Assembly: GCF_001447785.1 (NCBI RefSeq)
Contig: NW_015164186.1
Location: 995,807-1,059,806, forward strand
Origin: Gekko japonicus
Lineage: Eukaryota
Length of the DNA: 64,000 nucleotides
Reading direction: 5' to 3'
Shown here: one piece after another, positions 13,368 to 24,812 of the stretch
Layout: the number at the start of each line of letters is the position of its first letter
Numbering within the stretch: position 1 is the first letter of the stretch
Translations under genes and position numbers: made by a program
The notes under the pieces: model-generated
What the model was told of the DNA's origin: nothing
The model's database searches: none
What the model saw: only the letters and a program-made list of their open reading frames with translations

Positions 13368-13582
13368 GAGCAGCAGTTACAGTGTTGGACTAGGAATGAT
13401 GCAGGTTCAAATCCCCCCATGCCATGAAGCTCACTGGGTACCCTTGGACCAGTCACTCTCCCAGCCTGACCCACTTCACAGGCCTGTTGCCAAGATAAAT
13501 CAGAGGAGGAGGTGATCCATAGCCGCCCTGAGCCACTGGGTAGGGCGGGATAGAAATCTCATAATAAATAAAATAAATAAAT
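13368..13582 (+). mobile_element. Old tRNA-derived SINE with (AATA)n tail
   Basis: B-box-like GGTTCAAATCCC; AATA tail; a related copy at about 14685-14910. Confidence 0.55.
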
Positions 13583-15675
13583 GTGTGCCACCCTGAGCTC
13601 CCAGGGGACGGGTGGGACAACCAAAAGATAAAACAGTAAATAAATGAGCTCAGTTCAATGTATGGCCTGGGGGGGGGGGGGTGAACTTGTGGCTCAGGAT
13701 CTCCAAGTATACAGAAGCCTTTTGCCACACAGCATAACACACGAGATCCAAAAAGGTGTAGAAAGAGCTACCACAAAACGTGAACAGCTATTGTGAAGAG
13801 CTACCTTGTGTGCTCCTTGAGGCGGCACTACCAGTTGCAGAGGCAAGACTGACACTCCTGCAGGAGGCTGTGACAATTCCAGGACATGTGTTTGAGAGGA
13901 GGTGACTTTACATTGGCAGATGGAGGAGGCAGGAGAAGAGGGGTTCAAAATAGATGAAAATCCCTACTGCATATTTACTGGGTGAACAGGAGGCTGTTTC
14001 TATTCTGCTCAGCATCAGGATGTGGCAGAGGCTGCTGTTCTTATACCACAGACAGAAGGGAAGTGTTGAAGGAAAACCTGCAGCTGAGTCTACCTGTGGA
14101 TTTTGCACATCAGATTAGCATCTGGATTTGAAATAATATAACAGCTGCTTTATTCAAGCAAAATGCTACCATTCTTTTTTTAAAAAAAATCTTATTTCAA
14201 CATTCTCATGATGTTTATTTTAGTGCTATAAAAACTGAGATCAATATATTTAATTCTATAGATGCCCCCATTTGTGAATACTTAAATCCAGATATTGGCG
14301 TCAGTAACAGATCAAACAGATTTTTCTATAAACCTGAGGAAAGCCCCAGGGTAGAAAAATGAAACCTCAAAAACACAACATTGGGAGACTAACCCCCCCC
14401 CCCCCCACCCGCCCCCTCCGCCAAAAAACGCGCAGATCTCGGAGCTTTAAGAAACAAATGCCCTCTCAGTGGCCATTGTTGGTCGTATTGCCACAGTCCA
14501 TTGATGTCCGTAAAAGGCAGGGGGAGGGCATAGCCCTTTCCAGGGCTGTTTTAACCTTTGAGGAAGGACTCATCAGAGCCAGGCCTGCTGGCAAACCACA
14601 AAGCTACTCGCTACCATGAGACTTGCATGTTCCATCCAGACCTGGCTACTCACTATTGTTCAACAGCAGCCACCCCATGAAAGCCAGGGTGGTGCAGTGG
14701 TTAGAGTTTTAGACTAGGCCCTGGGAGACCCAAGTCCACATCCACACTCTGCCATGGAAGCTTGTTGGGTGACTTTGGACCCATCACACAAACTTTGCCT
14801 AACCTAGCTAACAGGGTTGTTGTGAAGATAAAATGGAGGAGAATAAGGTAAGCTGCTTTGGGTCTCTGTTGCAGAAAAAGGTGGGGTTTAAATGAAATAA
14901 ATAATAAATATAGATGATCATGGGGGGCAAATAACAGGTAAGTCGGTTACTGGATAGGAAAGGGAGAAGGAAGCAAGGAAAGAGGAGGTGATACAGGGAT
15001 GCTAGGACAAGGAAAGGAGGAAATAGTGTGGGAAGAGGGATACAAAAGAAAGTGGGGTGCCCCCCATAAGTCTTTGCAGGTACCTTAGAGCGCATCTGGG
15101 CCTGGCAGCCAGCACTGCACACGTTGGCCAGAGTTTTCTTGACTTCTGAGGAGAGGGAAGAAGGAAAAGCTGAAGAGGTGGGTCAGATAAAGATAGGCTG
15201 GGTGGTGGGTGGGAAGGATAGGAAAAGCCAGGGGAGAGGCTATTGGGGCTTTCAGGGAAGGGAAACAGGAAATATTGGGGAGGGGAACATGCAGTGCCCC
15301 TCCATAAGTCCTAATCCTAATGCTGGAGAAACTGCAAACATCGCAGTGGGGATGTGCATTACCTTAGCATGCAAGCATCAGTTTTAGCCCTGTCAAAAAG
15401 AGACCTCTGCCGGCCCAGCCAAAACGTAAGCACTGAAGCACCACTGAGTACAATGGGAGATAACCAAGCATGCCCCATCAGGCTGTTGTGCAGCACCTGT
15501 TCAGATCAAGTAAATGTGCAGGAAAACTTCTCGTCATTTTGTTTGTTTGTTTGTTTGTTTGTTTACACCCTGCCTTATCCCTCAAGTCATGCCCTAGTGG
15601 GAAGAGGACCTCTTGGATTTTCTGCCTCAGTCACCGGGGGTTGCCAGCTTCTTCTACCAGCCCTTGCTCCAGCAC

Positions 15676-15873
15676 CTAAGCTGAGTTAGTGTGAGCTAGC
15701 TCACAATTTTTTAGCCTCCGGCTCACAGTTTTTTTTTGTCTTAGCTCAGGAAGGATGACTCCAGAGCAAACTAATGTAAGCAGTAGCCAAATCGCTTGCT
15801 CACAACCTTAATACCAATCGCTCACAAAGTAGAATTTGTGCTCACAAGACTCCACAGCTTAGAGGGAGCATCG
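15676..15873 (-). mobile_element. hAT-type MITE family A, reverse orientation, one end truncated
   Basis: Reverse complement of 11225-11430. Confidence 0.8.
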
Positions 15874-17460
15874 ATCCCCAGGTAACTTTAAAAAACAAAA
15901 CATAACAGTTTTATCTGGGTTTCTGAATTAGGCAACGAGAATGACTCTGCCAAGGGGGTGTGTACGGGGGGGGGGAATTGGAGTTGTTTTTGCAATTATT
16001 GTAAGGATGAGGGGATCAGGAATGTCAACACTGGACCCTCATTTGCCTCCCTCATCCCTATTTCAAGGGCAGCTGTATGAATTCTCAGCTAGGTCCTCTG
16101 TGCTCTGGGGTATGATTTCATTGCAAGGAATTACGATTATTATTTTCTAGAGTTCCTAAAGTAATCAGGTACTATACATGAATATATCCAACACACAACT
16201 CTCGCTTACAGATATTATTATCTAGAGATGAGACACACAAAGGAGGGGAGAAGAAACAAACATACTGTCAGAAAGAAGCCAGAAAGATTTCAGGAGATCT
16301 AAAATCCCAGTGGTAAGGAGCAAGAAAGGACAACAGATGCAGCCAGGGGACAGAGGACAGAAGTTGAGTTCACTCTGGAAAGATGGACAGGAAAGGGAGA
16401 AAGAGTGAGTGAAGACCTAAGAAAGCTAATAGAAGTTTAAATACAATAAAATAAAAGGAAACAACACAGATACAGACCAACTTTCATCAGGACTAGTGCC
16501 TCTATCTTCTGCTTCACACCCAGATGCCAAAAATCGTGCCTGTCTATAGATTAGGAGCTTCCATAGCAGGTACAGTTCAGTCCCCACCAAAGCAAACACT
16601 GAACTCTGCACATGGCAATAGGCACTCAGACATCACTCTGTGCCAGTGCCTCCATGTCTACTACTTAGGGCTACAAATTCAGCTCCAAATCCTTACCTGT
16701 CAAACTGCAGGGCTCCAGAATCAGCGACAGTCACCAGCCACTATGCTTTCTCCAGCTGTTTTGCCTGGTGCCAGCGTCTTTGTACCGCTTCTCCTGCCCG
16801 CCCACAAGCACATGGTGCTCTCTAAGCAGTAAGTAAGCCTTGTCCTACCCTCCCTCCGTGGAGAGAGAGATTATTGCAGTCTTCAGGGGAAGGTACTGGA
16901 GAGAACAACAAGGTACGAGATGGTCTGAGTCACCAAAGCACAAAGGGTGAAAAAGGGTGAAAGGGGTGATTCCAGACAAGCAAATTTGTCAGAGATTGAA
17001 GAGAAGGACTGGACAGATCACTCACAGTCACAGGCAATAATGGATAGAGCCTCCAACACAGCAATGGTACTTCAGAGAACCTACAGATTAGGAAGCCTCA
17101 GGTTCAAATCTCATCTAGTTATAGACTCATTAGACAGTTCTAGACAAGGATAAAGGTGGTTCCCGTTTTCTGTTTGCAGTTCTTGGCTCCCTATTCTCCA
17201 GTCCCAGCACAAATATCAGTGATTAAGCAATGCAGTCGAACAGAATTCCAGGGGGCATCCCACTCTGGAGCACTGTACCCAAAAAAAGGGTTGGGGGCTT
17301 TGCACCAAGCATTAGTGAATGGTCCTTTGTGGGGCACACTGTCCTTATCCCAAGGATGCATGACCTGGTGATCCGAAGTTTATTTTAAGGTACAGAGCTG
17401 TTTCACTGTCAATAACATTTGTGGTCAGATTTGAGGAGAAGGAGGGAAGGAACTGGGAAC

Positions 17461-17666
17461 CAATGCTCCCTCTAAGCTGTGGAGTCGTGTGAGCAAAAAT
17501 TCTACTTTGTGAGCTACTGGCATTAAAGTTGTGAGTGAGTGATTTGGCTACTGCATAAATTAGTTTGCTCTGGAGCCATCCTTCCTGAGCTAAGACAAAA
17601 CTGTGCGAGCCGGAGGCTAAAAAACTGTGAGCTAGCTCACACTAACTCAGCTTAGAGGGAACACTG
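17461..17666 (+). mobile_element. hAT-type MITE family A (206 bp)
   Basis: TIRs as above; 8-bp TSD CTGGGAAC. Confidence 0.9.
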
Positions 17667-18019
17667 CTGGGAACCAACCAGCCTCATTCATATTAGAAAA
17701 TACCTTGATCTCATGATCTCAACATCCAGACTGCAGTATTTTTAGTTAATGTTTTATCCTGCCCTTCCTCCACAAACTCCAGTATCAGGCATGGGCCCAT
17801 CCCCAATTTTATTCTCATAACCTCTTGTGAGTTAGGCTAAACTGAGAGAAAGTCACTGGTTCATTGAGCTTTTTCGGATCTAGGTCTCCCTGTGGTAAAT
17901 CCAGCAACATTCTACTGTGCTGGTTATTAGTTTAGTATGCAAACCTGATTAACTTTACAAGTACCTTGTAAAATTTACTGAGATGATCAGGTAACTAAAC
18001 AGGAAGTATCAACAGCATT

Positions 18020-18230
18020 ACCCTGATCTACCCCAGGCTAGCCTGATCTTGTCAGTTCTCAGAAGCTGAACAGGGTCGACCCTGGTTAATACTGGGATGG
18101 AGACCACCAAGGAAGTTCAGGATCACTGTACAGAGCCAGGCAATGGCAAACCACCTCTGACCATATCTTGCCTTGAAAACTGTACAGGGTTGCTGTAATT
18201 CGGGTGCAACTTGATGGCACTTTCCACCAC
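18020..18230 (+). mobile_element. 5S rRNA-derived SINE with RTE-like tail
   Basis: 5S-like head (GAAGCT.A.CAGGGTCG..CCTGGTTA.TACT.GGATGG.AGACC) then GGCAATGGCAAACCAC... tail; second copy at 22037. Confidence 0.7.
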
Positions 18231-19354
18231 TATAAATAACATTTAAAAAACAGTGCTACAGCCAAGCATGCAAAACTAAACTGTTAAGAATTCTTGTAAA
18301 GGTTATTCAGGATTAAGCACATCACTCCTCTATGTTACATATTGATGACACATTGTCTTTGACAAGGCAATTCTGTTTGCACTCTTAAAACCTAAACTGG
18401 AAGGTACAGAATGCTTCCAGTTCATACAACAACTTCTGACACAAGGCCAGATATACTTGTGGCCCCAAATAGAAACTTTTTGGTGTGTCATTCAATTCCA
18501 TATTGGAACATTCAAATTTTTGTCCTATTTTTTAATTCTATTTTTTATTTATTATTAATTGCCTAACATGTGTTACAGGGACTCTGTTGCTTGTTATATT
18601 TTGCACTATTTGACTTCTGAAGAAGGTGTCAGGTAATACACTGTTCTCTTTTGTGTGTATTTGTAACTTTGTACATTTTATGAGGCTTTATTTGGGCCCC
18701 TACTAGGTTTTTATATGTCTTTGTAATAAATACTCTTTTGTACGCTTGGTTATGTTTTTAACTTTTGGCCCTCAATTAGTTTTCTAAACTTCCTTTGGAG
18801 GTTTGTGTCCTAAATCACCCCACAAAGCAGCTTGTGCAGGAGAATGTCCCAGTGGATTTTGGCCCCCGTTAATGGGGAGGGGGGGATTTTCTGCCTAAGG
18901 CACCAAATTGTCTTGGGAGAAGCAACATGAAGATGTTAGCAGCAGGTTCAACCACAGTTCACAAGCTACTGACCTCAAACTCACCCTCCCAGAGGTGGGG
19001 ACATTTCAGCAGAAGAGTGCTAAATAATTCAAGAAAAATGATGTAAAAATTAGTGTCACAAGGACATAATCTGGGTATTCCCATGGAACCTCTGCCCCCT
19101 CCCCACTCCTGTATTTTCAGCTGGCTCCTTTAAGTAGACCATCTTCTTTTGATCGCCCCTTATGCTTTCATTGTGCACTTGGGGGCATGTAATGTCTCTA
19201 AAACCATAATGCTACAGGATCTAGGATACGTCCAGCTTCCCATTTCCAACAATGCATGGTGATATGCATTCAGGAAACCTACAAGCAGGTGAGGAAGGCA
19301 TTGTTGGTGGTGGTATTCAGAGCTATCCTACCTCTGTACATGGAGATTCCATTT

Positions 19355-19530
19355 AGAAGAAGGAGAAGACAAGTTGGTTTTATACCCCACCCTTCACTAC
19401 CTGAAGGAGTCTCAGAGTGGCTTACAATCTCCTTTCCCTTCCCCTCCTCACAACAGACACCCTGTGAGGTAGGTGGGGCTGAGAGAGCTCTGAGAGAATG
19501 GCTCTTGAGAGAACAGCTCTGAGAGAACTC
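19355..19530 (-). mobile_element. tRNA-derived SINE (Squam3-like), partial
   Basis: Matches 8830-9071. Confidence 0.7.
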
Positions 19531-19687
19531 TTCTTCACAGAGAACTGAAAGGAAGGGAGACGGACAAAGCAGGTTCAAGGGTGGAGTTAGAGGCCAGTTG
19601 AAGTTGCAGGGCTGCCTCACATATACACACTTTGATCCCATGAGGCTGGTTCAGACATGCATACTCTATCACTTAACCATAATTCCA

Positions 19688-19880
19688 GCAGGGTAGCCAG
19701 GTTAGTCTGGAGTGGCAAAATGAAACAGGAGTCCAGTGGCACTCTAAAGACTAACATTTATTGCAGATTCAGGTGGATAGCCTGTTGGTCTGAAGCAGCA
19801 GAACAAAGTGAGTCCAGTGGCACCTTTAACAAAACTTTATTCAAGGTATAAACTGTCATATGCAAGCACACTTCTTCACA
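19688..19880 (-). mobile_element. Penelope-like terminal fragments (inverted partner at about 21688-21735)
   Basis: GAGTCCAGTGGCAC..TAAAGACTAAC shared with the 2510 element. Confidence 0.55.
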
Positions 19881-20059
19881 CTGCTCTCACTGTCTGTATG
19901 GTCTGTACTGCTGCAGTGCTATAGTGCCCATTCTGACCAACCCGGTTTACAAGATTAACAAAGCATTACCAGGCAACAGGTCGCAGTGTATGACCATCTA
20001 ACTAGCTTCTTCAGGAGGCACCTGAAGTCCTGGAATAGCTGTCATCTTAGATCTGGTTA

Positions 20060-21529
20060 CATTGGTATATGACCCCACAATTGATTTCTCATCTGTGCCC
20101 TACCAAATCTCCTTTATGCTGGAAAGGATGTCAACAACGGGGCACATTTGCCCACTGTTGGTGGAGATGTACCAAAATACAATCTTTCTGGGACATAGTT
20201 TTAAATTGCATCAAACAGATAACAGGTATATCTCTTCCACTCACTCCTGAAGCAATCTTCCTAGATCATTGGCCAGAGTCCTTAGTTATACAACTGTCAT
20301 GATCTGGGCTGTGCCACTAGAGGCCTACTAGGCCCAGGGAACCTGGCTAACAGTAAGTGAGGCTGGGCCTACAACTCCCAGAAGCCCAAGAGGTTTTGGA
20401 GCCAAAATTGACCAATAGGAAAAGAGGAGGGCTTGGAAGAAAAGATCTGGTGCAGCAGGAAAAGCTGTTCTTCTTCCCAGGGGACAGAGCCAGAAGAAAC
20501 GGGCTGCTGTAGGGAAGAGACTCTCATCCTGAGGGAAGGGTGAGTAGTCTAGTGCCACTTGGAATAGTGAGCTAGGGACAGTATATATTTAGATGCGTTA
20601 GGGCATTTGATTTGTTTTCTTTTCACCCACTTACTGTTATTATTCTACACCTTGTTGTTTGACCTCTTATAAAAGAAACTATTTCCATTGTTTACTCTGC
20701 CTGGTCCTCATGCCTATTATTCGGCCAAAAGGGAGGTTAGAAAGTCTTGGAAGGGTGCTCTGGGCCTTCTCAAGAGATCCTGAATCCGGAGTGGTAGGAG
20801 CATCAGGTGACACCCCACCTGAACCGTGACTACAACATATCAAAGCAACCACAGATGCCCTACTTTTTGCAGCAAGAACTGCGATTGCATCATGTTGGCG
20901 AGACAACCCCCCCACCCGCCCAATCTGGAACTCTGGTTAAATAAACTTTGGGATCAATACCTTTTGGATAACATCACCCACAAACTCAATTTGTCCCTAA
21001 CTAAACTGGTGAAATCTAACTTTGAGAAAAAATGGTCCCCTATACTTGACTTCCTAGCACGAGATGGATTCATATCCTCTGGATGGTTGCAGTCATGAAG
21101 CCTTAATCTTAATCCTGGCACTAGTCTTTTTATGTGATCCTGGGTGGCACTTTTTATTCTTGTACTCTCCATAATCCCCCTTCTTACAATTACCTTCAAC
21201 ACTTGTATATCTGCATATGGCTCACAAGGTGATACTCACCCTTGGTATATGTTTTACCTTTTGATTGGACTGATTTTCTTGTACAACAGCATACACTATG
21301 CGAAATACTATTACCTTTAAGGTCCGTTAGCTTAACTTTCTGATTGGTTGGGAACTCGGTTTTCTATGTTTCAACTTTGTATGAGCTCTCGTCATACACA
21401 TATTATTACTTACTGTTAGAATTGTCTGTTCTTATTTTGCAGTTAAAATGTTAAAAGTTCTAATATCGTTTTTCTTTCCTGTACTGTTACATATCTTATT
21501 GAATAAAAATTACAAATAAATTTTTAAAA
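20060..21529 (+). mobile_element. 5'-truncated L1-like LINE (ORF2 C-terminal Cys-rich domain, 3' UTR, A-rich tail), interrupted by a solo LTR
   Basis: TSD AGATCTGGTTA (20049-59 / 21530-40); CWKGC...HCWWRC zinc-knuckle translation; AATAAA and A-rich tail. Confidence 0.8.
20295..20831 (+). mobile_element. Solo LTR nested in L1
   Basis: TGTCATG...CGTGACT termini; 5-bp TSD ACAAC; the L1 reading frame resumes after it. Confidence 0.8.
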
Positions 21530-22036
21530 AGATCTGGTTAGTAAATTTATTGTTAGTTGTTAATTTGGGTTATTATTGTTTTTAATGTTTTAATTCTATG
21601 TATCCTATGTATTTACTGACAGCTTGTGACCTACCCTGAGCCTGCTTGTGGGGGAGGGCTGGATATAAATCAAATCAACCAAATAAAATACCTTGAATAA
21701 AACTTTGTCTTAAAGGTGCCACTGAACTCAAAATTTATCGCAGTATGAGTTTCATCTAGATGGCTGCAACATGCCATGTTGACTTGTATGTGAGCCCTGG
21801 CATGCACAGATAGACCTTTCTCACACATACACACCCCACACAATGGCATCAGCTCACAGATCTGACATTGAATGTAATCAGGTGACTATATGGGTGTGTG
21901 AACAAGACCATCGTGACTGAGGCAGAAACATAGAGACTGATTGTGTGAAGGCTCTCCACCAGAAGACATCCAGGTAGATCGGCTGCTCAAGAAATACGTT
22001 TGTTTTTATTGTTTTTATTGATGTAATTATAGAAAT

Positions 22037-22248
22037 ACCCTGACCTAGATAGCCCAGGCTAGCCCAGTTTAATTAGATCTTGGAAGCTAAGGAGGATGGG
22101 CCCTGGCAAGTATTTGGATGGGAGACCTCCAAGGAATACCAGGCTCATAATGCAGAGGCAGGCAATGGCAAACCACCTCTGAATGTCTCTTGCCTTGACA
22201 ACTCTATGGGATCGCCGTAAGTCAGCTGTGACTTGATGACAAAAAAAA
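22037..22248 (+). mobile_element. 5S rRNA-derived SINE with RTE-like tail
   Basis: GGAAGCTAAG...TTGGATGGGAGACC..CAAGGAATACC head; short A tail. Confidence 0.7.
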
Positions 22249-22427
22249 TAGAAACACTTATTACCATATATGCCTGACATGCATCTGAGTAGGGAAAAAA
22301 ATAGGGAAAGTACAGGTCAAAAAATCCCCCAAAACAACTGGACTCTGAACACAAATAAAGGTAGTGTGAGTACCTTGTACCTACAGAGAGTTGCTGATAG
22401 AGAAGACCACGACACGATTGATATGAT

Positions 22428-22740
22428 CAGGGCTCTAGTCGGGGGGGAGCTCTCAGGTACGGAGCTCCGGAAGAGAACCTCTAGGGGGCGGGGCGGTCAC
22501 GTGGTGAAGCCCCGCCCCCTTCTTTACCCCGCCCTCTGCTTCGATCCTCATTCCGTTTGGGAATGAGGATGAAGCAGGAGGGTAAGTAGCCGGGCCTTCT
22601 GACACACTTCCGGTGATGTCAGGGGGTGTGGCCTTCTGTCACTTCCGGTGATGTCAGGGGGTGTGGCATATGCAAATAAGTTATGCTAATGAGTTATGCT
22701 AATGAGCTCCGGCAGCTCTTTTTCTACAACAAGACCCCTG
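22428..22740 (-). mobile_element. hAT-type MITE family B
   Basis: CAGGG...CCCTG termini; 8-bp TSD GATATGAT. Confidence 0.85.
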
Positions 22741-22814
22741 GATATGATCAACACTGGAACGTAACTCACAGATTCCAAAGGTGGTGGGGTTTCATACAAA
22801 CAACACTATGCAGA

Positions 22815-23240
22815 TTTATTATTATTTTTAAAAGGTATACACTAGAGACCTGCTCAAGGTGAGTCACAAGGTAAACATATATATATAAATATTAGAACAA
22901 GCCATAAAAACAAGCTAGGTCCATAAAACGATACTCAGTAGCCTGAAACTAGATTCCTGAAACAATCCTCAGGCTTTAAAAATGAAACCCCCATTAGAAG
23001 CGTGGGTAAAAACATATTTTGGCTTCATACCCAAAAGTAAGATGGAGAAGGGCATTGCAAAGGCAAGGGACCACCACTGAGAAAGTCCTGCCTCTGGTTA
23101 CTATCCATCTTACTTCTACAGACAGAGGCACAGAGGTAGGGCTCGGGAAGAGGCTCTGAAATGCAGGCTGGACATCTGGGCTTCTTTGTACACAGATTAA
23201 GCTCTGAGTGGCTCCCGTGTTGCTCAAATCCTTTGAGGAC
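22815..23240 (-). mobile_element. Degenerate L2-like LINE 3' fragment
   Basis: - strand translation RGRTFSVVVPCLCNAL resembles the L2 ORF2 C-terminus (RAFSxxAPxLWN); similar pieces near 46090-46500, 53000-53380 and 61460-61710. Confidence 0.45.
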
Positions 23241-24473
23241 AGCAGGTTCCAAGAACCAGGCTGCAGGCAAAGGTGGCTTTTCAGAAACTTGCAGTCCTAA
23301 ACAATTATACTCTTCTAAATCCTTTGTCTTCAATGGACCTAGAAGGGCATAACTCGATATAGGATTGCACTGCTGATGGCTATTTTGAGCAGTCACCATC
23401 AGTTATACTCTTCTATAACACTTCCTGCTGCACCCTAATAAAGACAAGATAAACTGCAGAAGTGTGACTAGTATGGCTTGCCCTCTGCACAAACAACAGC
23501 TTTCTGTGTTCTTTTTAATTTCTCACTCTCTTTTCCACTTTCCTGGGTGCCCATCAGATAGGAAAATTTGTAGGGGGCTCTGCCACTGAGCATATAAAAA
23601 TACACATAACAATTTATTAATCTCTTAAGTAGCATACAGAAACAGCCTTCAAAATTTCCCCCACACACATAACAGTTCAAAGAGGTGCTTTATTTTTTAA
23701 ATTATTCTTGAGCAAATTGTGACTGGTGGAATTATGTTAGGGAAGGGGTCCTAAATTGCGAATTACGCATCCCACTATCCACCATGCAAACAAATGCCCC
23801 CTGGTGAGAACATAAATGTTGCCCCTGCAGGATCAGACTTCTTCAACTCTAGGCCAGTGCCAGCGCTCTGTTTCTAACATCTGCCAGGCAGATGCATCTG
23901 GAGTCTCACCAAGTGAGTAGAAAAGTGATAGCTGTTCTTTTCCACTTGTTCCTGGCCTCTGCAAGTCAGAGGGACGTTGCCTCTGTACATACCGGCTTCC
24001 AGAACAAAGATTAGGGTAAAACTAGTTTCAAAAGAACTAGAAAAAATGGGGAATAATATAAAGACGTAAAAACTAAAAGGCAAAAAATGTGATTGGAAAT
24101 GGGGGGAGAAACTGAAGCCGTATGGGGCCATAACTGATGGGAAAAAAACATGTGGAAAAGCTCCCACCTAAGCTCTTCAGACTGCAAGTGCTGAATACAT
24201 GATGGGCTGAACAGAACACCATTCCCCAGATGAGGAAACTTAAGCATTGAACTAACAGCACACATTCACCTGTTCTACCCAACTAAACTGTGGCACTGAG
24301 TACAAGTTTAGGGGCTGACCCCTGACAACACTGTCTTAAAAATCAAGCCCCTGTGCACTTCTGGGCCTAGGGCTAAAGGGTAAGACTCCTGGCCCATAGC
24401 AGTTCTCCAGCTTCTTCTCTCAGCAGACAAAAATGTTGGAAGCCATGTTAGTTCACAGTAAAATCCATGTAAT

Positions 24474-24812
24474 CAGGAGTCATTTCATAGAAAAAGAGGT
24501 GCAGGAGCTCATTAGCATAACTTATTTGCATATGCCACACCCCCTGACATCACCGGAAGTGTGTCAGAAGGCAACACCCACCGCTCAGGCTCCACTGGAC
24601 TGTTTTGGATTGCTAGCTATGGGGTGGGGGGGAACGCGCAGATCTGCCATCACAGAGAAGGGAGAGCTTGTACTTGAAGGCAGGTGGGGCAACTTACCTG
24701 GCTGCTTCTTGCTCCTGGAAGCAGAGGGCGGGGTTTGTTGCATGTGCTCACCCCCCGGGCTCCTTACTGCCGGAGCTCCGCTCCTGTGCGCTCCCACAGG
24801 AAATGACCCCTG
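24474..24812 (+). mobile_element. hAT-type MITE family B
   Basis: CAGGAGTCATTTC...GAAATGACCCCTG TIRs; 8-bp TSD CATGTAAT. Confidence 0.88.

Noticed and set aside
18020-22248. 5S rRNA genes
   Set aside because: Degenerate, fused to retroposon tails and lacking proper 5S ends; these are SINEs.
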